From a bacterium (GTDB lineage Bacteria; SZUA-182; SZUA-191; JAJRXT01), in the NCBI GenBank assembly GCA_024277605.1, contig JAJRUU010000168.1:1-26478 (forward strand): a stretch of DNA of 26,478 nt. The letters run 5' to 3'. This document shows, piece after piece, positions 1 through 9,389 of the stretch. The notes under the pieces are model-generated. The model ran no database searches. It saw only the letters and a program-made list of their open reading frames with translations, and was not told where the DNA came from. The first letter of the stretch is position 1, and each line of letters starts with the position of its first letter. A program made the position numbers and the translations under genes.

Positions 1-108
1 ACGTTGCATAAAATTGAGGAAACTGCAAGGCTGGTCGAGCTGATTCCTCGAGGGGAAAACTATCAGGAACTGGTACACCAAATTAGTCATGTTAACTTAG
101 TTACATAA
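1..108 (+). CDS. 3' end of an upstream gene (partial, 35 codons, product unknown)
   Basis: Frame 1 is open from the window edge to TAA at 106-108 (TLHKIEETARLVELIPRGENYQELVHQISHVNLVT*). No recognisable motif; it may be non-coding. Confidence 0.2.
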   Translation, partial: TLHKIEETARLVELIPRGENYQELVHQISHVNLVT

Positions 109-134
109 TTAACCAATGCAGAGGAAAAAGCTTT

Positions 135-3100
135 ATGTTTAATAAGATTACGTATAAAAGAGTTTGTGTCGCTTTTATTCTGGCATTCTGCTTCGTGGTC
201 AGTGCCTTTAGTTTCAACCAGTCGGCTTATGCCGGCGAAGTCGAAAAGTTGTTCACACTGGGAGCGGAATTCTATAGTAACTCAGAGTATGAATTGGCCA
301 TTGAACAGTTTGCATCGTTGCTGGAAATGGCGCCGAAACATTCTCTGGCTTCTGAAGCGCAATATTGGATCAGTGAATGCCAATTTAATTTAAAAGAGTA
401 TAAAACAGCATTGGCGGAATATAAGAAGTTAATAAAGCAGTATCCCGCCAGTGACAAATCAAATGAGGCCAGGTTACGCATAGCGGATTGTTATTATCTA
501 ACCGAGGATTATGCCAAAGCGGCTGTTCAGTACAAGAAGATACTAAAGGATAACCTGGAGGGTGTAGACCCGGTGGATATCCATTTTTGGCTGGGCTGGT
601 GTTATGTCAAACTGGATGATTTTGAAAGCGCAACGGTTTCCTTTAACCAGGCAAGCGCTTCCAGCGATCCCCAGAAGGCGGCTGAAAGCCTGTTTATGTT
701 AGGTGAATCATACTATCATTTGAAGAAATATACAGAAGCCAGTCAAAGCTATCTAAAGGTAACCCAGCAGTATTCAGACAGTAAACACCTTATTGCGGCA
801 CAATATGCCCTGGCATTGTCCTATCAACAACTGGAAAAGCATGACCAGGCTATAGAATTATATAAACAGGTTATGCAGACCCATGCCGATAGCCAGGAAG
901 CAAAGGACAGCGCCTTTAAGATTGGCCTTTGCTATTATGAGAAAGGGGAGCACGATAAGTCTATTACCGCCAACCAGGAGGCGCTGGCAAAATACCCCCA
1001 GAATATATCGGTCCAAGACGCTAAATATTTGATAGCTGAAGCGCTGTTTCAACTAAAGAAATACACAGAATCACAAACAGCATACTCAAACTTCCTGACC
1101 GATTATCCCGACAGCAAATACACGGATAATGTGATATATGGTTTAGCCTGGAGTTACTTAAGTGACAATAAACCCAAAAAATCTATCGAGTATTTCCGCA
1201 AAATCGTCACAGAACAAGCCAAATCAACCTTTGCCGAGGAATCCATCTTTCACATTGCTGAAATAAGTTATAATGAGAAGGATTATAACGCATCAATTGA
1301 GGCTGCCAAGCAATTGCTTACCGCCAACCCCAAATCACAATATGCCGCCAATTCCCAATTTTTAATCGCCTTGAGCAATTATCAATTAAAGGACTTTTCT
1401 GCGGCTTCAGCTGCTTTCGGCAAACTCATAAAGGATTATCCTCAAAGCAAGTATCAGGCTGAGGCGCAATTTATGCTGGGAGAAACCCACTATCAATTAA
1501 AGCAATATACAGAAGCGATCGCAAAAGGTTATCAGCCGGTAATAAAGGATCATTTAGACACTGAATATGCGGATGATGCCATGATGGGTATGGCTTCAGC
1601 TTACAATCTGTTGAAAGATTACGATCAAGCGCTGGCTACCGCCAAGAACCTCCTGGAGAAATTTCCGGCTAGTGAATTTGCCGCCGAAGCTAGGTTCCTG
1701 ATGGGTGAAAATTACTTCAACAAAAAATCATATGAAGCCGCTAAAGCCGAATTCGAAAAATTAATTAAAGAACACCCGGATAGCCAATATGTAGGTGGAG
1801 CACATTACTCGACCGCTGAAATTCTATATTTACTGGGTGAGTATGAAGCAGCTGATAAGGAATACCAGATAGTAATCGACCAATTCTCAGATGGGAAGTT
1901 TGTGGAGCGGGCCATCTATGGTTCCGGTTACAGCGCAATTAAGCAAAAGAAATTTGATGACGCAATAGCACAATTCAAACAATTGGTTGTAAAGTTTCCC
2001 GAGACCGCTTATCGACAGGAGGTTCAACTTAGGATAGCAGATGCCCATTATGCTTTAGACCAATATGAAGAAGCGTTGGCGGCGTATAAGAAGATTTTGG
2101 ATACAGACCCCAAGAATGAGTCGGGCTATGCCAGTGATGCGCAATACTGGCTGGCATTGACCCTGTATAAGCAGCAGAAGTATCAGGATTCTATCGCCGA
2201 ATTCGAAAAGTTTTTATCAGGCTATCCTAAAGCTGAGTCATTGGCTGAAGCCCAATTTCAGATCGGAGTGGCGTATACAGACCTGAAAGAATATGGGAAG
2301 GCCATCAGAGCCTACCAAAAAGTGATAGATAATTATCCCGAAAGCGAATTAGTGGCAAAGTCCATGTTTGCGGTCGGCGGTTCCTCTATTTTATTGAGTG
2401 AAAAAGGGGCCGGCGATCAAAAACTCGATGAGACACAACAGGCTAATGTTAAAAGGTCCATCGAATATTTCAAGCAGTTGGTGGATAAATATCCTGAGCA
2501 CCAATTGGTGGCTGAATCTCATTATCTTATTGGACAGTCTTATTTTCGGCTGGAAAATTATGAGGCTGCCAATAACGAGCTTAAAAACTTTATTGAAAAA
2601 TATCCCAAAAACGATTTGGCGGATGAATCCACTTATAAGCTAGGGGTAGGCTATAATCAGTTAAAGCAGTGGGATAAGGCTATTTCCACTTTTGATCAGG
2701 TAGTAAGTAACAAAGAAAGCAAATGGATTGTGGAGGCACTGTATCAGAAGGCCGGTTGTTTATATAACCTAAAGCAGCACCAAGATGCAATTGCAGTCTA
2801 TAAGCAGATTATGGAAGAACATGGACAGCATACATTGGCGGTGGCGGCCACGTATGATCTGGCCTGGCTTTATGATGAATTAAAAGAAAGTAAGGCCGCT
2901 TTTGAAAATTTTAGTACCATTGCGGACAAACACCCAGACAGTGTCTATTGGGCGGATTCAGTATACAAAGGGGGAGAATATTATTATAAGGAAAAAGATT
3001 ATGAGAACGCAATTGCCAAATTTTCCCAGTTTACAGCTAAAAAACCGGATAGCGACCTATTTGATGACGCCCAGTTTCAAATTGGTCAGGGATACTTTGA

Positions 3101-3662
3101 ACTAAAAAAATACACCGAAGCCGAGGCCGCTTTTTCTCAAGTACTCGGTAAGAGCGGGAGCAAGTTGATTAATCCCAGCTTACTTAAATTGGGAAATATC
3201 TACTTACTGACAGAAAGGTACGCTGAGGCGGCTGAGGCCTTCAACAAAATTTTGGCTAATGAGGCTGAAGAGCTGGAAGCTGATGCCCACTTTGGGTTAG
3301 GGGAAGTTAACTTAAAGCAACAGAAGGCTGATGCGGCGATCAAGGAATTCAGTATAGTAATGGATAAACATCCCAAACATTATTTGGTGCCAAGGGCTCA
3401 ATATAATTTGGGAGAAGCGTATTACCAAAACAAAGATTATAAAAAGGCAAGAGTGGAATATACCAAAGTTGCTATATTCTATCCTACATTAGAGCTGGCT
3501 GAGCAGGCGATAATGCAAAATGCAAGGTGCTATGAGGAACAACAGAAAAACGATAGGGCTATAAGGCAATATGAAAAGCTACTTAAAAAATATCCAGAGA
3601 GTAAATTCGCAGCAGCAGCACAAAAGCGTGTTGAGCAACTTTCCACAGCCAGCAGCAAATAA
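135..3662 (+). CDS. Large secreted tetratricopeptide-repeat (TPR, YbgF-like) protein, 1175 aa
   Basis: ATG with upstream GAGGAAAAA RBS. N-terminal signal peptide (hydrophobic core, AYA-GE cleavage-like site). About 30 tandem ~34-residue repeats, each with the pattern 'A..Y..A..Y...Y' characteristic of TPR/YbgF repeats. Long uninterrupted ORF. Confidence 0.85.
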   Translation: MFNKITYKRVCVAFILAFCFVVSAFSFNQSAYAGEVEKLFTLGAEFYSNSEYELAIEQFASLLEMAPKHSLASEAQYWISECQFNLKEYKTALAEYKKLIKQYPASDKSNEARLRIADCYYLTEDYAKAAVQYKKILKDNLEGVDPVDIHFWLGWCYVKLDDFESATVSFNQASASSDPQKAAESLFMLGESYYHLKKYTEASQSYLKVTQQYSDSKHLIAAQYALALSYQQLEKHDQAIELYKQVMQTHADSQEAKDSAFKIGLCYYEKGEHDKSITANQEALAKYPQNISVQDAKYLIAEALFQLKKYTESQTAYSNFLTDYPDSKYTDNVIYGLAWSYLSDNKPKKSIEYFRKIVTEQAKSTFAEESIFHIAEISYNEKDYNASIEAAKQLLTANPKSQYAANSQFLIALSNYQLKDFSAASAAFGKLIKDYPQSKYQAEAQFMLGETHYQLKQYTEAIAKGYQPVIKDHLDTEYADDAMMGMASAYNLLKDYDQALATAKNLLEKFPASEFAAEARFLMGENYFNKKSYEAAKAEFEKLIKEHPDSQYVGGAHYSTAEILYLLGEYEAADKEYQIVIDQFSDGKFVERAIYGSGYSAIKQKKFDDAIAQFKQLVVKFPETAYRQEVQLRIADAHYALDQYEEALAAYKKILDTDPKNESGYASDAQYWLALTLYKQQKYQDSIAEFEKFLSGYPKAESLAEAQFQIGVAYTDLKEYGKAIRAYQKVIDNYPESELVAKSMFAVGGSSILLSEKGAGDQKLDETQQANVKRSIEYFKQLVDKYPEHQLVAESHYLIGQSYFRLENYEAANNELKNFIEKYPKNDLADESTYKLGVGYNQLKQWDKAISTFDQVVSNKESKWIVEALYQKAGCLYNLKQHQDAIAVYKQIMEEHGQHTLAVAATYDLAWLYDELKESKAAFENFSTIADKHPDSVYWADSVYKGGEYYYKEKDYENAIAKFSQFTAKKPDSDLFDDAQFQIGQGYFELKKYTEAEAAFSQVLGKSGSKLINPSLLKLGNIYLLTERYAEAAEAFNKILANEAEELEADAHFGLGEVNLKQQKADAAIKEFSIVMDKHPKHYLVPRAQYNLGEAYYQNKDYKKARVEYTKVAIFYPTLELAEQAIMQNARCYEEQQKNDRAIRQYEKLLKKYPESKFAAAAQKRVEQLSTASSK

Positions 3663-3674
3663 TCCGAGCACAAA

Positions 3675-4553
3675 ATGTTAACAGCGCTTATTGAATCCTT
3701 GCGTCCCAAGCAATGGATAAAGAATCTATCCATATTTGCAGCCATTATTTTCTCCCAAAATTTGCACGACCTTACCATGCTGTATAAGGTCTGTGTGGCT
3801 TGTTTTATCTTTTGCCTGATCTCGGGCTGTATCTATTTGATAAACGATGTGCTGGATATAGAGAATGATCGCCAGCATCCGCTAAAGTGTAAGCGGCCGA
3901 TTCCCTCTGGCAGGTTAAACCCCAAAGTAGCCATAATAACCAGTATTGGTTTGGGCTGTTTGTGCTTGGTGCTCTCTTTTTGGCTGGAGCCAAAGTTCGG
4001 TATGGTAGCGGCAATTTATTTTGCTCTTCTGGTCGGCTATTCGCTGAAATTAAAGCAAATTGTGATTGTGGATGTAATGGTCATCGCTTTGGGGTTTGTG
4101 TTGCGGGTGGTCTCCGGAGCATTGGTCATCCAGGTGGAGATTTCCTCATGGTTATTGCTATGCACTATTCTGTTGGCATTGTTCTTAGCGTTAAGTAAGC
4201 GGCGGCATGAATTAACGATATTAGACAAACAGGCGACTGAGCATCGAAAAATATTGAGGGAATACAGCCCCTATTTTTTGGATCAAATGATTGCAGTGGT
4301 TACTGCTTCCACCCTCATGGCGTATGCGCTGTATACCATGTCTGCTGAGACCATTGCTAAATTCAATACCCCGTACTTGAATTTAACCGTTCCCTTTGTG
4401 CTCTATGGTATCTTTCGCTATTTGTATCTGGTACACCAAAAGGGTAAAGGAGGCAGTCCCACTACCATTATGCTAACCGATGTGCCGCTGATTATAAATG
4501 TGGTTTTGTGGCTAATTACAGTCGAGGTTATTCTCTATACAGCAAGAGTATAG
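3675..4553 (+). CDS. UbiA-family prenyltransferase, decaprenyl-phosphate phosphoribosyltransferase-like (polyprenyl-phosphate 5-phosphoribosyltransferase)
   Basis: 292 aa, about 8 predicted TM helices. N-terminus 'KQWIKNLSIFAAIIF' and Asp-rich motif 'LINDVLDIENDRQHPLKCKRPIPSG' (NDxxDxxxD) typical of UbiA-superfamily DPPRT-type enzymes. Starts 12 bp after the TPR gene. Confidence 0.7.
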   Translation: MLTALIESLRPKQWIKNLSIFAAIIFSQNLHDLTMLYKVCVACFIFCLISGCIYLINDVLDIENDRQHPLKCKRPIPSGRLNPKVAIITSIGLGCLCLVLSFWLEPKFGMVAAIYFALLVGYSLKLKQIVIVDVMVIALGFVLRVVSGALVIQVEISSWLLLCTILLALFLALSKRRHELTILDKQATEHRKILREYSPYFLDQMIAVVTASTLMAYALYTMSAETIAKFNTPYLNLTVPFVLYGIFRYLYLVHQKGKGGSPTTIMLTDVPLIINVVLWLITVEVILYTARV

Positions 4554-4580
4554 AGAGTCCGAATAAGGAGTGTCCAAAAG

Positions 4581-5660
4581 ATGAAGGCTAAAGTAGCGGT
4601 TTTAAAAACAAAACCCGAAACGGTAATGGAAGATTATGCAAAGCTGATGAATTTGGCGGAGTATCAAAAGTATTTACCTAAAGAGAATGATACCGCCCTT
4701 AAAGTCAATATTTCCTGGCATCATTTCTATCCTGCTTGCTCAACCACCCCTTGGCAGTTGGAAGGGGTTATAAAAACCTTGTTGGCCGATGGGTATAAGG
4801 AAGAGTTAATCCATGCCTGCCATAACCGCACGGTGGTGGTAAATTCCAGGAAGGGCGAGAAACTCAACAAGCAGAAGCCGGTGGTGGACAAGTACAACTT
4901 AAGAAACATTCACCTGTATGAGGGCGAGGAGTGGATTACTTATGAGCCCAAGGGTGAGATGCTGGTACTGAAAGATGTATATAAACATGGAATCCAGATC
5001 CCCAAGCGCATGATCGGGGAGAATATTATCCACCTGCCGACCATGAAGACCCACGTGTTTACCACCATGACCGGGGCCATGAAGAACGCCTTTGGCGGCC
5101 TGCTGCATGAGAAGCGCCACTGGACGCATAGCGTGATCCATGAAACGCTGGTAGATCTACTTACTATCCAAAAGGAGATTCACGGCGGGATTTTTGCGGT
5201 GATGGACGGCACCTTTGCCGGAGACGGCCCGGGACCGCGCTGCATGAGACCGCATGTGAAGGATTATATTTTAGCCAGCGCTGATCAGGTGGCCATCGAC
5301 GCAGTATCGGCCAAGATGATGGGCTTCGAGCCTATGGATCTAAAATTTATCCGGCTGGCCCATGAGCGGGGATTAGGCTGTGGCGACATAAAACAAATCG
5401 AGATCGTGGGTGAAGACATATCCGGTATTAACTGGCACTTCTCCGGGGGAGAAAACACCTTCGCCAGCCGGGGACAAAAGGCTATCTATTGGGGGCCGCT
5501 AAAACCACTGGAGAATTTTTTGCTCAAAACAGTGCTTGCTCCCTGGTCGTATGTGGCCTCAATTCTATATCATGATTACTACTGGTATCCCTTTATCGGC
5601 AAAAAGCGGGTGAACCAGATGCTAAAAACCAAGTGGGGTAAGCTGTTTCAGCAGTATTGA
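4581..5660 (+). CDS. DUF362-domain protein
   Basis: 359 aa. AAGGAG RBS 7 nt upstream of ATG. N-terminal 'KVAVLKT...EDY...ALKVN' and central 'GTFAGDGPGP' resemble DUF362 family proteins as I recall them. Starts 27 bp after the UbiA-family gene. Confidence 0.55.
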   Translation: MKAKVAVLKTKPETVMEDYAKLMNLAEYQKYLPKENDTALKVNISWHHFYPACSTTPWQLEGVIKTLLADGYKEELIHACHNRTVVVNSRKGEKLNKQKPVVDKYNLRNIHLYEGEEWITYEPKGEMLVLKDVYKHGIQIPKRMIGENIIHLPTMKTHVFTTMTGAMKNAFGGLLHEKRHWTHSVIHETLVDLLTIQKEIHGGIFAVMDGTFAGDGPGPRCMRPHVKDYILASADQVAIDAVSAKMMGFEPMDLKFIRLAHERGLGCGDIKQIEIVGEDISGINWHFSGGENTFASRGQKAIYWGPLKPLENFLLKTVLAPWSYVASILYHDYYWYPFIGKKRVNQMLKTKWGKLFQQY

Positions 5661-5828
5661 TGCCAGGTTTGCTTTGGTAATGTAAAACAATGCATTTGCC
5701 CTATAAGTAAGCCCCCGCCGTTGTCTGCATGACAGGGTCAGTACCCCAGGGTCATATACCCGATTCCGGCAGGGGCCTGTTTTCAGCTAATAAAAGCTAT
5801 CGCGTAATTAATCCAGGTCTCGCCTGGC

Positions 5829-6692
5829 TTAAGCGAAGGCGATCAGTAGAACCCCCAGCAGCATCAGCCCACTCCCCAAAGCCCGCTCAGCGATGTTTTG
5901 CTCACCGAACAAAAAATAGCCATATAGTACGCTAAACAGGATATTAGTGCGCTTGACCGCAATCATATAGGCTACCTGGGTCAAATCCATTGCCAGAAAG
6001 TGGGTCAGGATCATCAGCGCATTAAAAAAGCCGATAGCCAAAAAAAGTTTTGGGCGGGAGAATATTTGACGGCTGCAACGGCCCAGTTTGGGCAATACTA
6101 CCAGTGAGAAGGCAATGCTTAAGATAATATAGTAAAATAAGCCAAAGAAAACCGGCTCAGAGTGGGTAATAGCCAGCTTGCCCATGGTGGAGCTGATGCT
6201 GTAGATCATAGCCACGGCGATCATGAGCAGTGATCCCCGTTCATTTGCGATAGCTCTTATGGGCTGCAATAAACCTCGCTTAGTGGTATGCACATTCAGC
6301 ATATATATCCCGATGACAATAAGCAGTATGCTGCTTAATCCCAGGTTGCTGGGCACCTCTCCCAGTATCAAAAAAGAGGTCAGCAGTACGCATATAGGAG
6401 TTAAGGCCAGAAAGGGAATGGTGAGCGACATCGGGGATATCTTTAGCGCCCGTACGTAAAGCAGCAGGGCTGCGATGTCGCAGGGAACAGCTATGGCGGT
6501 AGCCAGCCAGAAAGTATTATCCAGCGGGGGGACATTGATATAAGGCCAGGTCAAAAGCAGGAAGGGCACCGCATAGCCCACCCTTGCCCAGGCTACTACT
6601 AACTCGTTCTCTCTTGCTAATCCGCGCTTGCTTAGAGCATCGACAGTAGCCCATGAAAAAGCACAGGTTAAGGCATAAAATAACCACAACAT
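5829..6692 (-). CDS. EamA/DMT-superfamily membrane transporter
   Basis: 287 aa, about 10 hydrophobic helices arranged as two EamA-like halves. No soluble domains. Confidence 0.65.
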   Translation of the reverse strand: MLWLFYALTCAFSWATVDALSKRGLARENELVVAWARVGYAVPFLLLTWPYINVPPLDNTFWLATAIAVPCDIAALLLYVRALKISPMSLTIPFLALTPICVLLTSFLILGEVPSNLGLSSILLIVIGIYMLNVHTTKRGLLQPIRAIANERGSLLMIAVAMIYSISSTMGKLAITHSEPVFFGLFYYIILSIAFSLVVLPKLGRCSRQIFSRPKLFLAIGFFNALMILTHFLAMDLTQVAYMIAVKRTNILFSVLYGYFLFGEQNIAERALGSGLMLLGVLLIAFA

Positions 6693-6979
6693 AATGAACC
6701 ATCAACATTCGGGGGAGATGTGTGAGCAGCCTGACAACAAAATGCTTGATTTTACAGCCATAGCCTTCTAATAGCCACATCAGCTACAAACAACAACATA
6801 GCCAGCACTACCAGTATCTGCCAGATATCATAGGGCTTATATACCTCATCAGGGGGAGTTAAGAATATATCATTTCGTTCAGGGTTGTAGCGGCCCTGGC
6901 TTATAGTAGCCAACTGCTTAAGCAGTTGCAGGTTAGGTCTGAGTTTCCGGTATTCATCCGAAAACGGGGAAACTATGAC

Positions 6980-9337
6980 TCAGGCAGTTTTGAGATTCAC
7001 CAGTTTCCCCTTCTGCCTCTGGTTTACGCTGACCATATATAACCCGAATTGGGAGGTTTTAAAGGGTGCTTGATACTTTCCGGTACCTATCTTTTTAAGC
7101 TTCAGGTATTGGCGCTGTTGATCAGGTCCCCACAGTACCGCTTCTAATTTCCCCATTATGCTGGAGTGAGATGCCAGGCTTACATCCAATACAGCCCCCT
7201 CGGGAGTCCGCTGGGCGGAAATATCCAATGCGGAATCAGCCTTCTGCTTCATGGCAAAGCGAATGACTTGCGACCAGAAGCGGCTGAAACTGGACCAGCC
7301 GATCCACTCGGCTGACCAGCGTCCATCTACGTCTGAGGTATAGGCGACAGTCTTGCCGAGTCCGTAGCGCCAAGTAGCCAGTATGGGGTCCTCCATGCCC
7401 CGGGTATCGGAGGTTAGCGCCAGCTCGGCCCCGGCTTTAGCAGTGGTAACCATATAGCCCTTTAGGGGGGGGATCTGGCTTTGTTTCATGCCTTTTAATG
7501 CTTTGCTCTCAGGGGACAGTTTGGGCGTTAAGGGTTTTTCCACAAAAGGTGATTTGGAAATAGCGCTTTCTATATCGGTTAAGAATACCTGGGGCAATTT
7601 ACTTACATCTTGCGGGTGGTGAAACAGTCCCTTCCCCATCTGGGATATCTTGGCCAGCAGATTAACATCGGCTTCAGGGCCAATGGCGATACTGGAAACA
7701 GTCATATGATCCTTGGCAATATCGCTGGCTAATTTATCAAAATCACCCCCGTAGGTTTTGCCGTCTGAAAGTAGAATAATGTGTTTTACCTGCATCGGCG
7801 ATTTTTCATGTTCTCTTTTTGCCTTAAGCGTTTGATAGGCTTGCTCCAGGGCTGGATATATATTGGTACCTCCTTGACCGGTACGGATGGTTTTTATCTT
7901 TTTTATGACGCTATCCCGATTGTTCCACAAAAACTGCAGATCCAACAACACATGGTGTTTGGAGTCGAACAGGATTATTCCCAGCATATCGTTATTCCGC
8001 AACTGATTGGCCACCTTCAGGGCTGCCTCACGGGCCAGGGCAATCTTCTGACCCTGCATACTGGAGGATATGTCAATGATGAGTACTAATAACATCTGTT
8101 TGAACTTATAAGAAATATTTTGACCCATGTTTACCGGCAGGATTTCTTCAATTGGCGTCTTGGTATAATCGCCGGCGCTGAAACTATTCTCTCCCCCGAT
8201 CATCACAAATCCTCCCCCTATATCGGAAACATAATCCTTTATCAATTGCATTTGTGATTCGTTGATTTGCGAGCGGGATATGTTGTTGAATACCAGGGCG
8301 TCAAATTGTGCCAGCTGCGATAACTTTTGGGGGATATGATGCTGGTCTTCAACTATTACATCCACCCCTTTTAGCTTCAACGCTTCACTTAAGAAAGAAC
8401 TGCGCCCACTATGGCCGTCGATACATAGAATTTTAGGTTTTCCGCCAGCCAATACCTGGGCCATTATTGTATTATTGCTCATATTAGTATCGCAGACAGC
8501 TTCGATGGAGGCGGTGTATTGGTAAGCGCCGGTTTTCAGCAACACCTCATCCTGGCTAAAAAGGTTGATTCCCGGTGAAAGAGTGAGCGAAGTTGTAAGA
8601 AGAGGCTCTTTGTTTTTTGAAATTTTTAATTTTGCCGGGCAGGGTTCCACCCCCAGATTGGCGATATTAGTCTTCAGGCTGAAAGTCTCTCCCAGCATTA
8701 CTTTTTTGGGTACGCTTAATTGCTCGATCAATACCTCCCGGAGGTGCTGTTGCGGTGGAAGGATTGGATATATCTTTATTCCTCTGTTCCTGGCTAAGCC
8801 AGCGGCGCTCAGTGCCTGACCGACATTCTCATTTCCATCTGAAAAGAGTACAATGCGGCCCACCGCATCCTCAGGGACGGTGGTCATACTCAAACGTAAA
8901 GCGGCTTCTATGTTGGTGAATTCTTCTCCCGGCCTATTCCACGAATCCCGGCCTGATATTTTATCCAGCGCCTCTGCCTTCTCAACCGGTTTTTGTTCGA
9001 GGTACGCCTGCTTACCAAAACTCAGCCAGGCTATCTTATCATCGCCTTGCATGGCTTTTATAGTGCGCTGGATATAATTTTTAGTCCACTCCCGACTGGA
9101 GGGAGAAATACTGTCAGAATTATCGGTAACGAATACCAGGTTTAATTCCTTGAACATCTTAAGTGGGAACTTTACCCCGGCCAACGCCAGTACAAGGAAG
9201 ATGATAATTAAGCTGCGTACTATGTTTAGCAGTTTAAACCGTAGCGGAGGAAACAGCTCTTTCTGCGCCAGGGAAAACTTCCAGAATATGGGAAGGATGA
9301 GCAGTAAGAGCAGATAATACGGCTGAGAAATCCACAT
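6980..9337 (-). CDS. Membrane-anchored double von Willebrand factor A (VWA) domain protein, BatA-like
   Basis: 785 aa. Two N-terminal TM helices (MWISQPYYLLLLLILPIFW..., SLIIIFLVLALAGV) as in BatA aerotolerance-type proteins. Two VWA/MIDAS-like segments ('LVFVTDNSDSIS' near the N-terminus and 'LLVLIIDISSSMQG...ILFDS' in the centre), separated by a flavodoxin/GATase1-like middle region. Confidence 0.7.
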   Translation of the reverse strand: MWISQPYYLLLLLILPIFWKFSLAQKELFPPLRFKLLNIVRSLIIIFLVLALAGVKFPLKMFKELNLVFVTDNSDSISPSSREWTKNYIQRTIKAMQGDDKIAWLSFGKQAYLEQKPVEKAEALDKISGRDSWNRPGEEFTNIEAALRLSMTTVPEDAVGRIVLFSDGNENVGQALSAAGLARNRGIKIYPILPPQQHLREVLIEQLSVPKKVMLGETFSLKTNIANLGVEPCPAKLKISKNKEPLLTTSLTLSPGINLFSQDEVLLKTGAYQYTASIEAVCDTNMSNNTIMAQVLAGGKPKILCIDGHSGRSSFLSEALKLKGVDVIVEDQHHIPQKLSQLAQFDALVFNNISRSQINESQMQLIKDYVSDIGGGFVMIGGENSFSAGDYTKTPIEEILPVNMGQNISYKFKQMLLVLIIDISSSMQGQKIALAREAALKVANQLRNNDMLGIILFDSKHHVLLDLQFLWNNRDSVIKKIKTIRTGQGGTNIYPALEQAYQTLKAKREHEKSPMQVKHIILLSDGKTYGGDFDKLASDIAKDHMTVSSIAIGPEADVNLLAKISQMGKGLFHHPQDVSKLPQVFLTDIESAISKSPFVEKPLTPKLSPESKALKGMKQSQIPPLKGYMVTTAKAGAELALTSDTRGMEDPILATWRYGLGKTVAYTSDVDGRWSAEWIGWSSFSRFWSQVIRFAMKQKADSALDISAQRTPEGAVLDVSLASHSSIMGKLEAVLWGPDQQRQYLKLKKIGTGKYQAPFKTSQFGLYMVSVNQRQKGKLVNLKTA

Positions 9338-9389
9338 GAGTTGATTTTACTCTTTGAGTTTATGGGACTAATTGCTGACTTATTGTAAA

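Noticed and set aside
166-3778. Numerous 60-100-aa ORFs on both strands inside the TPR gene (e.g. 166-393, 272-481, 858-1052, 2398-2643, 2902-3105, 3530-3778)
   Set aside because: All are nested within or antisense to the long, repeat-structured TPR ORF. No RBS or motifs.
5818-5848. Nested palindrome tcgcctggcttaagcgaaggcga at the convergent DUF362/EamA junction, considered as a bidirectional terminator
   Set aside because: The stem is interrupted by a long loop and is not followed by a T-run on either strand. It overlaps the EamA stop codon. Insufficient evidence for an intrinsic terminator.
6517-6780. 87-aa minus-strand ORF
   Set aside because: Overlaps the N-terminal third of the EamA transporter in another frame. 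No motifs. Likely spurious.
6914-6925. Perfect 12-bp palindrome ctgcttaagcag downstream of the VWA gene
   Set aside because: Short, isolated, with no flanking T-tract or second half-site. Could be chance or a restriction/operator site, but nothing in the sequence discriminates.
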